DNA from: an uncultured Spirochaetota bacterium
GTDB taxonomy: Bacteria; Spirochaetota; Spirochaetia; SZUA-6; Fen-1364
Assembly (NCBI GenBank): GCA_963845325.1
Contig: CAWJRT010000001.1
Location: forward strand, 128,486-192,485
Direction of reading: 5' to 3'
DNA length: 64,000 nt
Each line of letters starts with the position of its first letter. The first letter of the stretch is position 1. Under the pieces are notes generated by a model that worked only from the letters and a program-made list of their open reading frames with translations, ran no database searches and had not been told where the DNA came from. The translations under genes and the position numbers were made by a program. This document shows, in pieces, positions 52,401 to 60,426 of the stretch.

Positions 52401-53411
52401 TCAGCTCTTCAGGGACTCGGTGAACTCCTTCGGGCTGAGCAGCATCTTCGCGTACTGCGCGCGGGTGTATGCCCAGGGATCTTTCGCGTTCTTTGCCGAG
52501 AGCTTGCCGCGGAACGCCTCGATGGTGCCGTAGGAGCGCGCCTCCATCCAGCGGCTGACCTCGTCCAGCATCGTGCGGATGGATTTCACCCCCTGGCGGT
52601 ACAGCCCGGTCACCACCTGCACCGAGGATGCGCCGGCAAGGATCATTTTCACCACGTCGGCTCCCGTCATGATGCCCGTGCTCGCGCACACGTCGGCCTT
52701 GATCCTGCCATGCAGCAGCCCGGAATAGCGGAGGGGAAGCCGGTTGTCCGCCTGGATGCTGAAGTTGAACGGCTGGGTGATGCATTCGGTTTCGATATTG
52801 ATGTCAGGCTGGAAGAAGCGGTTGAAAAGCACCAGCCCGTTGACGCCCTCACGGTCCAGCCTGCCGATGAAGTTCAGCGGGTTGGAATAGAACAGGCTGA
52901 GCTTCACTGCCACCGGGATCTTCACCGCCGCGCGGATCTCGCGGACAATCTGCAGCTGCTCCTCTTCCACCGCGCTGCCGGTAACATCGAAGTCGCGGGG
53001 AGTGGCGAAGAAGTTCAGCTCCAGGGCGTCAACACCCTGCTCGGCGAGCTGCCGGGCATATTCCACCCACGTGGCGCGGGCCACCGCGTTGAGGCTGGCG
53101 ATCACCGGGATCTTCACCGCCTCCCGGGCCTTCTTCACCCACATGAGGTGTTCCTTCGCCCCCGCGTGCTGGAGCTTCGGGAAGATAGTCGCCATCTCGC
53201 CGTAGAGGTCGTTGCCGGCCTCCAGGTCTTCTTCCAGCTTGAAGCGCTCCAGCTGGATCTGCTCCTCGAAGAGGCTCTTCAGGACGATTGCGCCTGCCCC
53301 CGATTCCTCGATTCTCTTGATGCTGTCCACGTTCGACGTGAGATCACTCGATCCGGCCACGATCGGGTTGGAGAGAGTGAGTCCCATGAAACGTGTCTGC
53401 AGGCTGCCCAT
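52401..53411 (-). CDS. Dihydroorotate dehydrogenase-like protein (class-1 DHOD/DPD-type FMN TIM barrel)
   Basis: Intact 336 aa. Recognised from FMGLTLSNPIVAGSS, GAIVLKSLFEEQI, ELNFF, VAVKLS and GASSVQVVT. Confidence 0.75.
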   Translation of the reverse strand: MGSLQTRFMGLTLSNPIVAGSSDLTSNVDSIKRIEESGAGAIVLKSLFEEQIQLERFKLEEDLEAGNDLYGEMATIFPKLQHAGAKEHLMWVKKAREAVKIPVIASLNAVARATWVEYARQLAEQGVDALELNFFATPRDFDVTGSAVEEEQLQIVREIRAAVKIPVAVKLSLFYSNPLNFIGRLDREGVNGLVLFNRFFQPDINIETECITQPFNFSIQADNRLPLRYSGLLHGRIKADVCASTGIMTGADVVKMILAGASSVQVVTGLYRQGVKSIRTMLDEVSRWMEARSYGTIEAFRGKLSAKNAKDPWAYTRAQYAKMLLSPKEFTESLKS

Positions 53412-53487
53412 CGAGTTCCTCCTTGGTTCGGCTGAAGCATAGGGAAGGGGTCGCGAAAAGTCCAGTGGCGCTGCCGCCTCCAGGACG

Positions 53488-54828
53488 CTATCGAGGCCGC
53501 GCGATCACTTCCGCGAGAGATTTCTTTTCCGCGAGCTCCGCCTTGAGCATTTCCTCGCGCGCCTTGTTGGCGTAGCCCCTGCTCTGGAAGGAGTAGGTGA
53601 AGTTCGTGTGGATATCGTATTCCCCCGCCATCAGGGCGTGGGTGTCTTCCGTCATCACCAGCTCCTCGTCGGTGGGGATGACGAAGATGCGCACCTTCGA
53701 GCCGGGTCCCGTGATCTCGGTCTCCGCGTTGCGGGTCACGGAGATCTCGTTCTTCCGCTTGTCCAGGACGATGCCCATCTCCTCCAGCCCCTCGAGGCAC
53801 TTTTCCCGCGTGATCGGCCCGCGCTCCCCGACACCGGCCGTGAAGACGATGGCGTCCACGTGCCCGAGGGCGGCGTAGTAGGCGCCGAGGTACTTCTTCA
53901 GCCGGTATCCTTCTATATCAATGGCGAGCTGGCAGCGCTCGTCGCCCTGACAGGCGCCGTTCTCGATGTCGCGGCGGTCGGTGTACTTGTCCGTGATGCC
54001 CAGGACGCCGCTCTTGCGGTTGAGGATGCTGTCCATGGCCTCGGGCCGCAGCCCTTCCTTCTTCATGACGTAGTAGCCGATGGCCGGGTCGTGGTCTCCG
54101 GCCCGGGTGCCCATCACCAGCCCTTCCAGGGGAGTGAACCCCATCGAGGTGTCCACCGAGACGCCGTTCTTCACCGCGTTTGCGCTGGAGCCGTTCCCGA
54201 TGTGAAAGCAGATGAGGTTCGTGGTGAACGGGCTCTTGCCGAGCAGGACCGAGGCGCGCTTGGACACGTACAGGAAGGATGTCCCGTGGAACCCGTACCG
54301 CCGCACGCGGTAGTTCTCGTACCACTGGTAGGGCAGGGCGTAGATGAACGCGGCGGTCGGCATGGTCTGGTGCCACGCGGTGTCCATGATCGCGCAGTGC
54401 GGCACGTCGGGAAGCACCTCGCGGGCGGCCTCGATGCCGGTGATGTTCGGAGGATTGTGCAGCGGGGCCAGGTCGGAGAGCGCACGGAAGGCGGACAGGG
54501 CATTGTCGTCGATGATGACGGACTTGGCGAACCGGTCCCCGCCGTGCACCACGCGATGGCCGACCGCCTTGATATCGGAGAGGTCGGTGATCGCGCCCAC
54601 CTCCGGATCGAGGAGGGTCTGCACGATCAGCTCGATGGCGTCACGGTGATGCGGGCAGTCCTTCTCCTTCTTGATCTTGCGGCCGCTGCGCTTGGAATAG
54701 TGGCTGATGAACGAGCCGCCCACGGTGACGCGCTCGACGATTCCCGAGGCCAGGACGTCTCGATCATCCCAGCGGTACAGCTGGTACTTCAAGGACGAGC
54801 TTCCGCAGTTCAAGGTGAGGATGTCCAT
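53488..54828 (-). CDS. ackA: Acetate kinase with a roughly 46-aa C-terminal extension
   Basis: Intact 446 aa. Recognised from [47 protein letters not shown] and FTAGVGE. Confidence 0.9.
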   Translation of the reverse strand: MDILTLNCGSSSLKYQLYRWDDRDVLASGIVERVTVGGSFISHYSKRSGRKIKKEKDCPHHRDAIELIVQTLLDPEVGAITDLSDIKAVGHRVVHGGDRFAKSVIIDDNALSAFRALSDLAPLHNPPNITGIEAAREVLPDVPHCAIMDTAWHQTMPTAAFIYALPYQWYENYRVRRYGFHGTSFLYVSKRASVLLGKSPFTTNLICFHIGNGSSANAVKNGVSVDTSMGFTPLEGLVMGTRAGDHDPAIGYYVMKKEGLRPEAMDSILNRKSGVLGITDKYTDRRDIENGACQGDERCQLAIDIEGYRLKKYLGAYYAALGHVDAIVFTAGVGERGPITREKCLEGLEEMGIVLDKRKNEISVTRNAETEITGPGSKVRIFVIPTDEELVMTEDTHALMAGEYDIHTNFTYSFQSRGYANKAREEMLKAELAEKKSLAEVIARPR

Positions 54829-54968
54829 TCAGATGCTCCTTGCCGTGTTTCTGTTCGGTGCGATCGTCACGGCGCATCGCGGTCTTGCGGGTACTCTTGC
54901 CACTGGGGTGCCGGCCCAAGATTCGCCTCCAGTGTAGTACCGAGAATCTGGCCCGTGGTCAAGGCGAA

Positions 54969-55012
54969 AATGCCACCTGGGGTGGCCGCGAATGCCACCT
55001 GCGGTGGCCGCG
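54969..55012. repeat. Two tandem 22-bp units, each containing the palindrome GCCACC-N3-GGTGGC
   Basis: AATGCCACCTGGGGTGGCCGCG is at 54969-54990 and AATGCCACCTGCGGTGGCCGCG at 54991-55012, with 1 mismatch between them. A degenerate third copy, TGCCACTGGGGTGCCGGCC, is at 54898-54916. All lie in the ackA / orphan-gene divergent intergenic region. Confidence 0.7.
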
Positions 55013-56415
55013 CAAGCGCGGCGCCGCGGCTCCCGTATACCCTCATCGTGTCGTGGCGCGCGGCCATAAGCTGCCTCATTCTCGCCGCTGCTTTCTCCGC
55101 GGCCCGGGCTGCCGAGATCCAGCTCCAGCAGGGCTACACGTGGCCCGACCAGGCAGGCATCCGCTGGCGTCTGCAGCAGGGAGACCTTCTCGTCGTCTCC
55201 CGCTGTGGCCTGTACGCAGGTCCCGCGGGTCTTCCCGCCGCGGAAGGTCCGGTTCTAGGAGTCAGCCTTCCGTGGCTGCGGTGCGGTCCGCTCCTGCCCC
55301 GCGGAATACTGCGGCAGGTATCCGACCCTCTCGGTTTTTCCGCTTGGAGCAGCGCAATCCAGGAACGCACCACCCTCGTGTTGGACGGCGAGCTTTCCTC
55401 GTCCGGCCAGGGCATGCTCCTCATGCCCGTTCCCGAGCTCTTCGGCTTGTTCTGCCGGCCGGTCCGTGCGGGCGGAAGCGAATATGGCGCTTTCGGCTGC
55501 CTCCCGCTTGGAGCGGGCGCCGCAGCAGAAGGGGCCATCATGGTCTCCCGGCCGGAGCCGCAGGTTCCACCGGACGATTGGTTCCTGACACGAAGCATCT
55601 TTCCCGGCGGGGACGTAACCGACCTCTGCGCACGGCTCGTGCTGAATACCCCGTCACTGGGGTTTTCGTTCACCTCGGGGATCTCGTCCGCTGCGCGGGC
55701 TGCACCGGGCGCATTCTCCAACCTGTGGATGTCCGGACGTTTCCGCGGGCTCCTGGCTGCCGTCCTCTTGGCCGGAGCCACACCCGGCTTCCGTGGGCCG
55801 GACGGCACCTGCACCACGGGTGCCTCGCAGCTTTCCGCCATGGTCCGGCTGGGAAATGATCGCCGGACCGGGACCCTGGAAACCGGCTGGTCGTACTCAG
55901 TCGGTCGACCCACGTTCGCGCCTGGACCGGAAATCCCAACGCGGACCGTCCTGCGGGTGGAGCTCTCACGCGATTTCGAGCGGCAATCCTGTCCGCCGCT
56001 CTCACTTGTGATGGATGCGGAGAAGGACATCAGCCGCAGTGAAACGTCACGGTGCGGATCTGCCGCGTGGGTCAGGCTTGACGGCATGGACGTGACAGCG
56101 GGAGTCAGCCTCAGTCACCAGGAGGGCGTCCGCCTGCTCGGCGCTGTGAGCATCAAGCCTTCGTCCCGGCTGAGGATTCTCGTGGAGGGCAGGGCCAATC
56201 GACTGGCAGCGGCGTCTCCGGACGGATCGATGACAGTGAAAGTCTCCTTCGAACGGGGAAGTCAAAGGGCGGCCATCCAGGCCGGCTTTGAAAACGTCCC
56301 GCTCCCCTGGAGGAGCACTCATCTTGCCGAGTGCTTCCGGCTCTCACTCACGAGCTCTCTCCGCGTCATGCCGCAGGGGGAAGGGGCCATCAACCCCAGT
56401 CTCCGACAAGGATGA
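54970..56415 (+). CDS. Hypothetical secreted, beta-rich protein (possible outer-membrane or surface protein); start uncertain (ATG 54970 or GTG 55048)
   Basis: This is the 3' part of the 935-aa ORF 53608-56415, which is free of ackA overlap only beyond 54829. The signal-like segment is SWRAAISCLILAAAFSAARA-AE. The third-position GC bias is consistent with coding. I recognise no family. Confidence 0.5.
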   Translation: MPPGVAANATCGGRASAAPRLPYTLIVSWRAAISCLILAAAFSAARAAEIQLQQGYTWPDQAGIRWRLQQGDLLVVSRCGLYAGPAGLPAAEGPVLGVSLPWLRCGPLLPRGILRQVSDPLGFSAWSSAIQERTTLVLDGELSSSGQGMLLMPVPELFGLFCRPVRAGGSEYGAFGCLPLGAGAAAEGAIMVSRPEPQVPPDDWFLTRSIFPGGDVTDLCARLVLNTPSLGFSFTSGISSAARAAPGAFSNLWMSGRFRGLLAAVLLAGATPGFRGPDGTCTTGASQLSAMVRLGNDRRTGTLETGWSYSVGRPTFAPGPEIPTRTVLRVELSRDFERQSCPPLSLVMDAEKDISRSETSRCGSAAWVRLDGMDVTAGVSLSHQEGVRLLGAVSIKPSSRLRILVEGRANRLAAASPDGSMTVKVSFERGSQRAAIQAGFENVPLPWRSTHLAECFRLSLTSSLRVMPQGEGAINPSLRQG

Positions 56416-57256
56416 CTTCCTTTTCCAGCTCGAGCCCCAGCCGTTTTCTAACTTCCCCCGCCACGAGCTCGATAAGCGCCTGCATGTCTGATGACTTCGC
56501 GCCTCCCGTGTTGATGAAGATGTTTCCGTGGAACGGGGCAACCTGGGCACCCCCGAGCCGTGTTCCTTTCAGGCCCAGTGAATCAATGAGCTGCCCTGTC
56601 GGTGCCCCGAAGGCCCGATTGTTCTTGAATACGCTCCCGGCGCAGGGGTGCAGGAAATGGCCCTTGCGCTCGCGGTCCGCGCGGTGGGATTGCATCAGCG
56701 TTTGCATCTCGGCGCGGTTGCCCGGGGCCAGGCGGAACGCGGCGGAGAGGATGAGGCGCCGCGTGTCCTGGAAGGGCGAGCGCTTGTAGTCCCAGTCCTC
56801 GCGCCGCATCAAGTACTGCCGCGGCTTCAGGTCTGATTCGAGGTACTCCACGTGCTCCAGCACGTCGCTGATTTCACCCCCGTAGCACCGCGCGTTCATC
56901 CACACAGCGCCGCCCACGCTGCCGGGGAGCGATGAAGCGAACTCCATTCCGCTGAGCTCCTGGCCCAGGGCAAACTCGGCGACATCCGAGACGGGCGTGC
57001 CGCCCCGCGCCACGACAAGCGTGCCGTCGGCGCGCGTGCCCGCCAGCCGCGACAGGTCCACGACGACTCCCCGAAAGCCGCGGTCCGAGACAAGGATGTT
57101 CGTGCCGCCTCCCAGGATGAAAACGGGAGCCGATTCCCGTGCACAGACACGCAGCACCGCTGCCGCCTCCGCCTCATTCGCCGGGGAAACGTAGAGGTCG
57201 GCGGGACCGCCAATACGGAAGCTGCTGTGCTCCGCCATCGGCTCATCCATCCGCAC
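56390..57256 (-). CDS. murB: UDP-N-acetylenolpyruvoylglucosamine reductase
   Basis: Intact 288 aa. Recognised from HSSFRIGGPADLY, ILGGGTNILV and GSVFKNN. Alternative starts are at 57250 and 57238. Confidence 0.9.
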   Translation of the reverse strand: MRMDEPMAEHSSFRIGGPADLYVSPANEAEAAAVLRVCARESAPVFILGGGTNILVSDRGFRGVVVDLSRLAGTRADGTLVVARGGTPVSDVAEFALGQELSGMEFASSLPGSVGGAVWMNARCYGGEISDVLEHVEYLESDLKPRQYLMRREDWDYKRSPFQDTRRLILSAAFRLAPGNRAEMQTLMQSHRADRERKGHFLHPCAGSVFKNNRAFGAPTGQLIDSLGLKGTRLGGAQVAPFHGNIFINTGGAKSSDMQALIELVAGEVRKRLGLELEKEVILVGDWG

Positions 57257-57374
57257 GGAACCCTTCGATCTTGAACATCCGGGCCAATTCCCGTACTGTG
57301 GTCACGCTCGGAATAGTAACGGGCGGCGCCGCGGTGGTCTACTCGCGCGGCTGTTCGCTCGAGGAGTTGTCAGC

Positions 57375-58793
57375 GTGATAGTGAAGCTCTGGAACACGAT
57401 GGGCCGTGAACTGCAGGCGTTTGAGCCGATCCACGAGGGAAAGGTCGGGATGTACTGCTGCGGGCCCACGGTGTATGACTTTGCGCACATCGGCAATCTT
57501 CGCACCTACCTCTTCGAGGACTTCGCCCGGCGGACGCTGGAATACTTCGGGTTCTCGGTCCGCCACGTGATGAACGTCACTGACGTTGGTCATCTCACCG
57601 GTGACACCGACGAGGGCGAGGACAAGATGCTCAAAGGGGCGCGGGAGAAGGGCAGGACAGTGTGGGAGATCGCCGAGTTCTACACGAAGGCTTTCTTCCG
57701 CGACTTCGAGCTGCTTCGCTGCTCTCCGCCGACCGTCATCTGCCGGGCCACCGAGCACATCCAGGACATGATCGACCTGATCCTGCGCATCGAGGCCAAG
57801 GGGTTCACCTATATCGCCGGCGGGAATGTCTACTTCGACATCAGCAAGTTCCCGGACTACGGGAAGCTCGCGCTCCTGGACCTGCAGGACCTGCGGGCCG
57901 GGGCCAGGATCGCCGTCGACGAGGGGAAGAAAAATCCCGCGGATTTCGCCCTCTGGTTCACACGGTCGAAATTCGAGCACCAGGCAATGCTCTGGGATTC
58001 CCCCTGGGGCAAGGGATACCCCGGGTGGCACATCGAATGCAGTGCGATGTCAATGAAATACCTCGGAGAGCATTTCGACATTCACTGCGGCGGGGCCGAC
58101 CATCCCCCCGTGCACCATACCAACGAGATCGCTCAATCCGAGGCGGCAACCGGCGCCCGCTGGGTGAACTACTGGCTCCATGGCGAGTGGCTGCTCATGG
58201 AGACGGAGAAGATGGCAAAATCCGCCGGGAACTTCACCACCCTGAGCACTCTCACGGAGAAGGGCTACGACCCTCTGGACTACCGGTATTTCTGCCTTGG
58301 CGCTCACTACCGGGCGCAGCTGGCATTCAGCTGGGAATCAATGGACGCGGCGAGGGCGGGACGACAGGGGGTCCTGGACAGGATTCTCCAGCTTCAAGCA
58401 GTCGCCGGCGGCGGAGCCGCGCAGCCCGCCGGGAAGGCCGCGGAGTATGTCGCGGACTTCGAGAATCATGCGGCGGAAGACCTGAACATGCCGCGCTGCC
58501 TTGCCGACCTCTGGACGCTGCTGAGGGATTCCTCCGTCCCGCCGGCGGAGAAGATGGGGGCCGTGTTCCGGATGGACCGGATCCTCGGGCTCGGACTTTC
58601 CGAGGCAAAGGAACGGGAGGTCGCACTGGACGAGGAAACACGCGCGCTTGTGGATCAGCGTGAAACGGCGCGCAGGCAGAGGGACTTCAAGAAGGCTGAT
58701 GAGATTCGTGCGCAGCTTCTGTTGAAAGGAATCGAGGTCCAGGACGGTCCCCGGGGCCCAAAGGTACGGTTTGCCGCTGGTCAAAGAAATTGA
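57375..58793 (+). CDS. cysS: Cysteine--tRNA ligase
   Basis: Intact 472 aa with a GTG start. Recognised from MYCCGPTVYDFAHIGNLRTY, GWHIECSAM and the KMSKS variant KMAKSAGN. Confidence 0.9.
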   Translation: MIVKLWNTMGRELQAFEPIHEGKVGMYCCGPTVYDFAHIGNLRTYLFEDFARRTLEYFGFSVRHVMNVTDVGHLTGDTDEGEDKMLKGAREKGRTVWEIAEFYTKAFFRDFELLRCSPPTVICRATEHIQDMIDLILRIEAKGFTYIAGGNVYFDISKFPDYGKLALLDLQDLRAGARIAVDEGKKNPADFALWFTRSKFEHQAMLWDSPWGKGYPGWHIECSAMSMKYLGEHFDIHCGGADHPPVHHTNEIAQSEAATGARWVNYWLHGEWLLMETEKMAKSAGNFTTLSTLTEKGYDPLDYRYFCLGAHYRAQLAFSWESMDAARAGRQGVLDRILQLQAVAGGGAAQPAGKAAEYVADFENHAAEDLNMPRCLADLWTLLRDSSVPPAEKMGAVFRMDRILGLGLSEAKEREVALDEETRALVDQRETARRQRDFKKADEIRAQLLLKGIEVQDGPRGPKVRFAAGQRN

Positions 58794-58828
58794 TTGGGTG
58801 TAACATCTGATTGCGATCGTTGTTACCA

Positions 58829-59359
58829 ATGAGTAGCACAGAACATGCGCACTCGCCGCCTTTTGATGTGGTGTATGAAACTCTTTTCCCCGTTATCTAC
58901 CGCGTTTCCTTGCGAGTAACAGGAGACAGGGAAGTTGCAGAAGATCTCTGCCATGAGGCGTTCATCAAGCTTATGGAACGGTCGGACATTATTGCGAATA
59001 TCGAGCAGTCCAAGTACTGGCTGATACGCGTGGTGAAGAACCTCTCACTCAACTACGAAAAAAGACGGACCCGCGAACGCGCGGCGTATTCGAAGCTTCT
59101 CCGTCTCGCCGTCTCGTCAACGGAATCAAGCGAGAAGCAGATGATCAGGAAAGAAACAAGGGCGGATGTCCAGGCGGCCCTGGACGACCTGCCGTTCAAC
59201 CTGCGGGCTCCGTTGGTGTTCCGCGAATACGCGGACCTTTCCTACAAGGAAATCGGCGGCATTCTGGGAATATCGGAGTCCAATGTCAAAGTGCGGATTT
59301 TCCGTGCACGAGAGCGCCTGGGCAGGGCGCTTGCTGAAGGTGATGCCTATGTGTCCTGA
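58829..59359 (+). CDS. ECF-type RNA polymerase sigma factor (sigma-70 family, regions 2 and 4)
   Basis: Region 2 is recognised from EDLCHEAFIKLME and region 4 from LSYKEIGGILGISESNVKVRIFRARERL. The 5' half is visibly less GC-rich than its surroundings. Confidence 0.85.
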   Translation: MSSTEHAHSPPFDVVYETLFPVIYRVSLRVTGDREVAEDLCHEAFIKLMERSDIIANIEQSKYWLIRVVKNLSLNYEKRRTRERAAYSKLLRLAVSSTESSEKQMIRKETRADVQAALDDLPFNLRAPLVFREYADLSYKEIGGILGISESNVKVRIFRARERLGRALAEGDAYVS

Positions 59360-59903
59360 CCGCGAGATCCTTTCCGCTTACTTCGACGGCGAAATTCCCG
59401 CTCCCTGGGGACGGGAGGCAGCGGCTCACGTTGCCTCGTGCCAACGATGCCAGGCCCTCCTTGCCGGCCTGGCGAGCACGCACCGCGCGCTCGCCCAGGA
59501 GGACGAGCAGTCATGGCGGGCTCCCATGGAGAGGGTGCGCAGAAGGATACTCGTGCACACGCCCCTGGTCCGCACCCGGATCAACGCGTGGCGGCGCCAG
59601 GTCACCCTTCCGCTTCCCGTAGCCGTGCTCGCGGCGGCCCTGTTGCTTACGTTCGGGATCAGCCTCGCGGCGCTTGCCATGCGCCAGAACATGGGGTACA
59701 TCCGCGTGACCAAGGCGCCTGCGGGCGGCACCGAGTACCAGTTCGCCGTCCCTTACGACAAGGTGGAAGCGCTGCTGAAATCCATGGGAGGGGCGGACGC
59801 GAACATCGAATCGGTCATGACCATTCCGAAAAGCGTGAAGCTGGTCCCGGTCGGAGAGCCGCGGATGGGCAAGGCGGGCGAGTTCCTGAGGAAAAAACCA
59901 TGA
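59343..59903 (+). CDS. Anti-sigma factor (zf-HC2, single-pass membrane)
   Basis: It overlaps the end of the sigma gene. The HxxxCxxC motif is AAHVASCQRCQ. The TM segment is LPLPVAVLAAALLLTFGISLAALAM. Confidence 0.75.
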   Translation: MPMCPDREILSAYFDGEIPAPWGREAAAHVASCQRCQALLAGLASTHRALAQEDEQSWRAPMERVRRRILVHTPLVRTRINAWRRQVTLPLPVAVLAAALLLTFGISLAALAMRQNMGYIRVTKAPAGGTEYQFAVPYDKVEALLKSMGGADANIESVMTIPKSVKLVPVGEPRMGKAGEFLRKKP

Positions 59904-60415
59904 TCAACCGGATGCGCGGCGGAATCGTTCCATTCCTCCTCTGCCTGGCGGTTGCCCAGACCAACGCGCAGGCACAGTCCAGCGACACAGACCCGAAGGA
60001 GGCTCTCCAGGAGTTGCTGTCCAAGGCCCTCACCGTGACCGTCTCGGCCCGCGTGCTGCCCCCGGATGCGCAGGAGGAGACGCCGATCTGGAACGCCGAG
60101 AGCACGAAGCTTACCCTCCCCGGCCGCTCCATCAAGGTTCGCCTGGATGGAGACAACGTACGCATCTACCTCGTCTGCACCCCCTACCTCCAGGACAACG
60201 GGGAGGTGCTCCTCCTGGCCCAGGGCCAGGTGTGGTTCACGGAGCCGCAGGACAAGGAAAACCGGTACTTCAGCACGTTCTACAGCATTCCGGTGTCATT
60301 CGGCGAGAAAGTGCTCTTCTTCCCCCTCGGGCTTTCCGATGCCGAGACGCAGCAGAAAGACTTCTTCAACATCGAGGTGGAGATCAAGATCGTTCCATAC
60401 GAGAAGAAGCAGTAG
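59900..60415 (+). CDS. Hypothetical secreted protein (171 aa)
   Basis: ATGA overlap with the anti-sigma stop. The signal peptide is MINRMRGGIVPFLLCLAVAQTNAQA. I recognise no family. Confidence 0.6.
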   Translation: MINRMRGGIVPFLLCLAVAQTNAQAQSSDTDPKEALQELLSKALTVTVSARVLPPDAQEETPIWNAESTKLTLPGRSIKVRLDGDNVRIYLVCTPYLQDNGEVLLLAQGQVWFTEPQDKENRYFSTFYSIPVSFGEKVLFFPLGLSDAETQQKDFFNIEVEIKIVPYEKKQ

Positions 60416-60426
60416 GCTCGGCAATC

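Noticed and set aside
53608-54828. 5' part of the 935-aa plus-strand ORF
   Set aside because: This part is antisense to the intact acetate kinase gene and reads as low-complexity sequence. Only the part beyond the ackA start was kept as a candidate gene.
58799-58822. ECF-like promoter TGTAAC..CGTT directly upstream of the ECF sigma gene
   Set aside because: The spacer between AAC and CGT is only about 13 nt, against the usual 16-17. The putative -10 sits about 7 nt from the start codon, which leaves no room for a leader.
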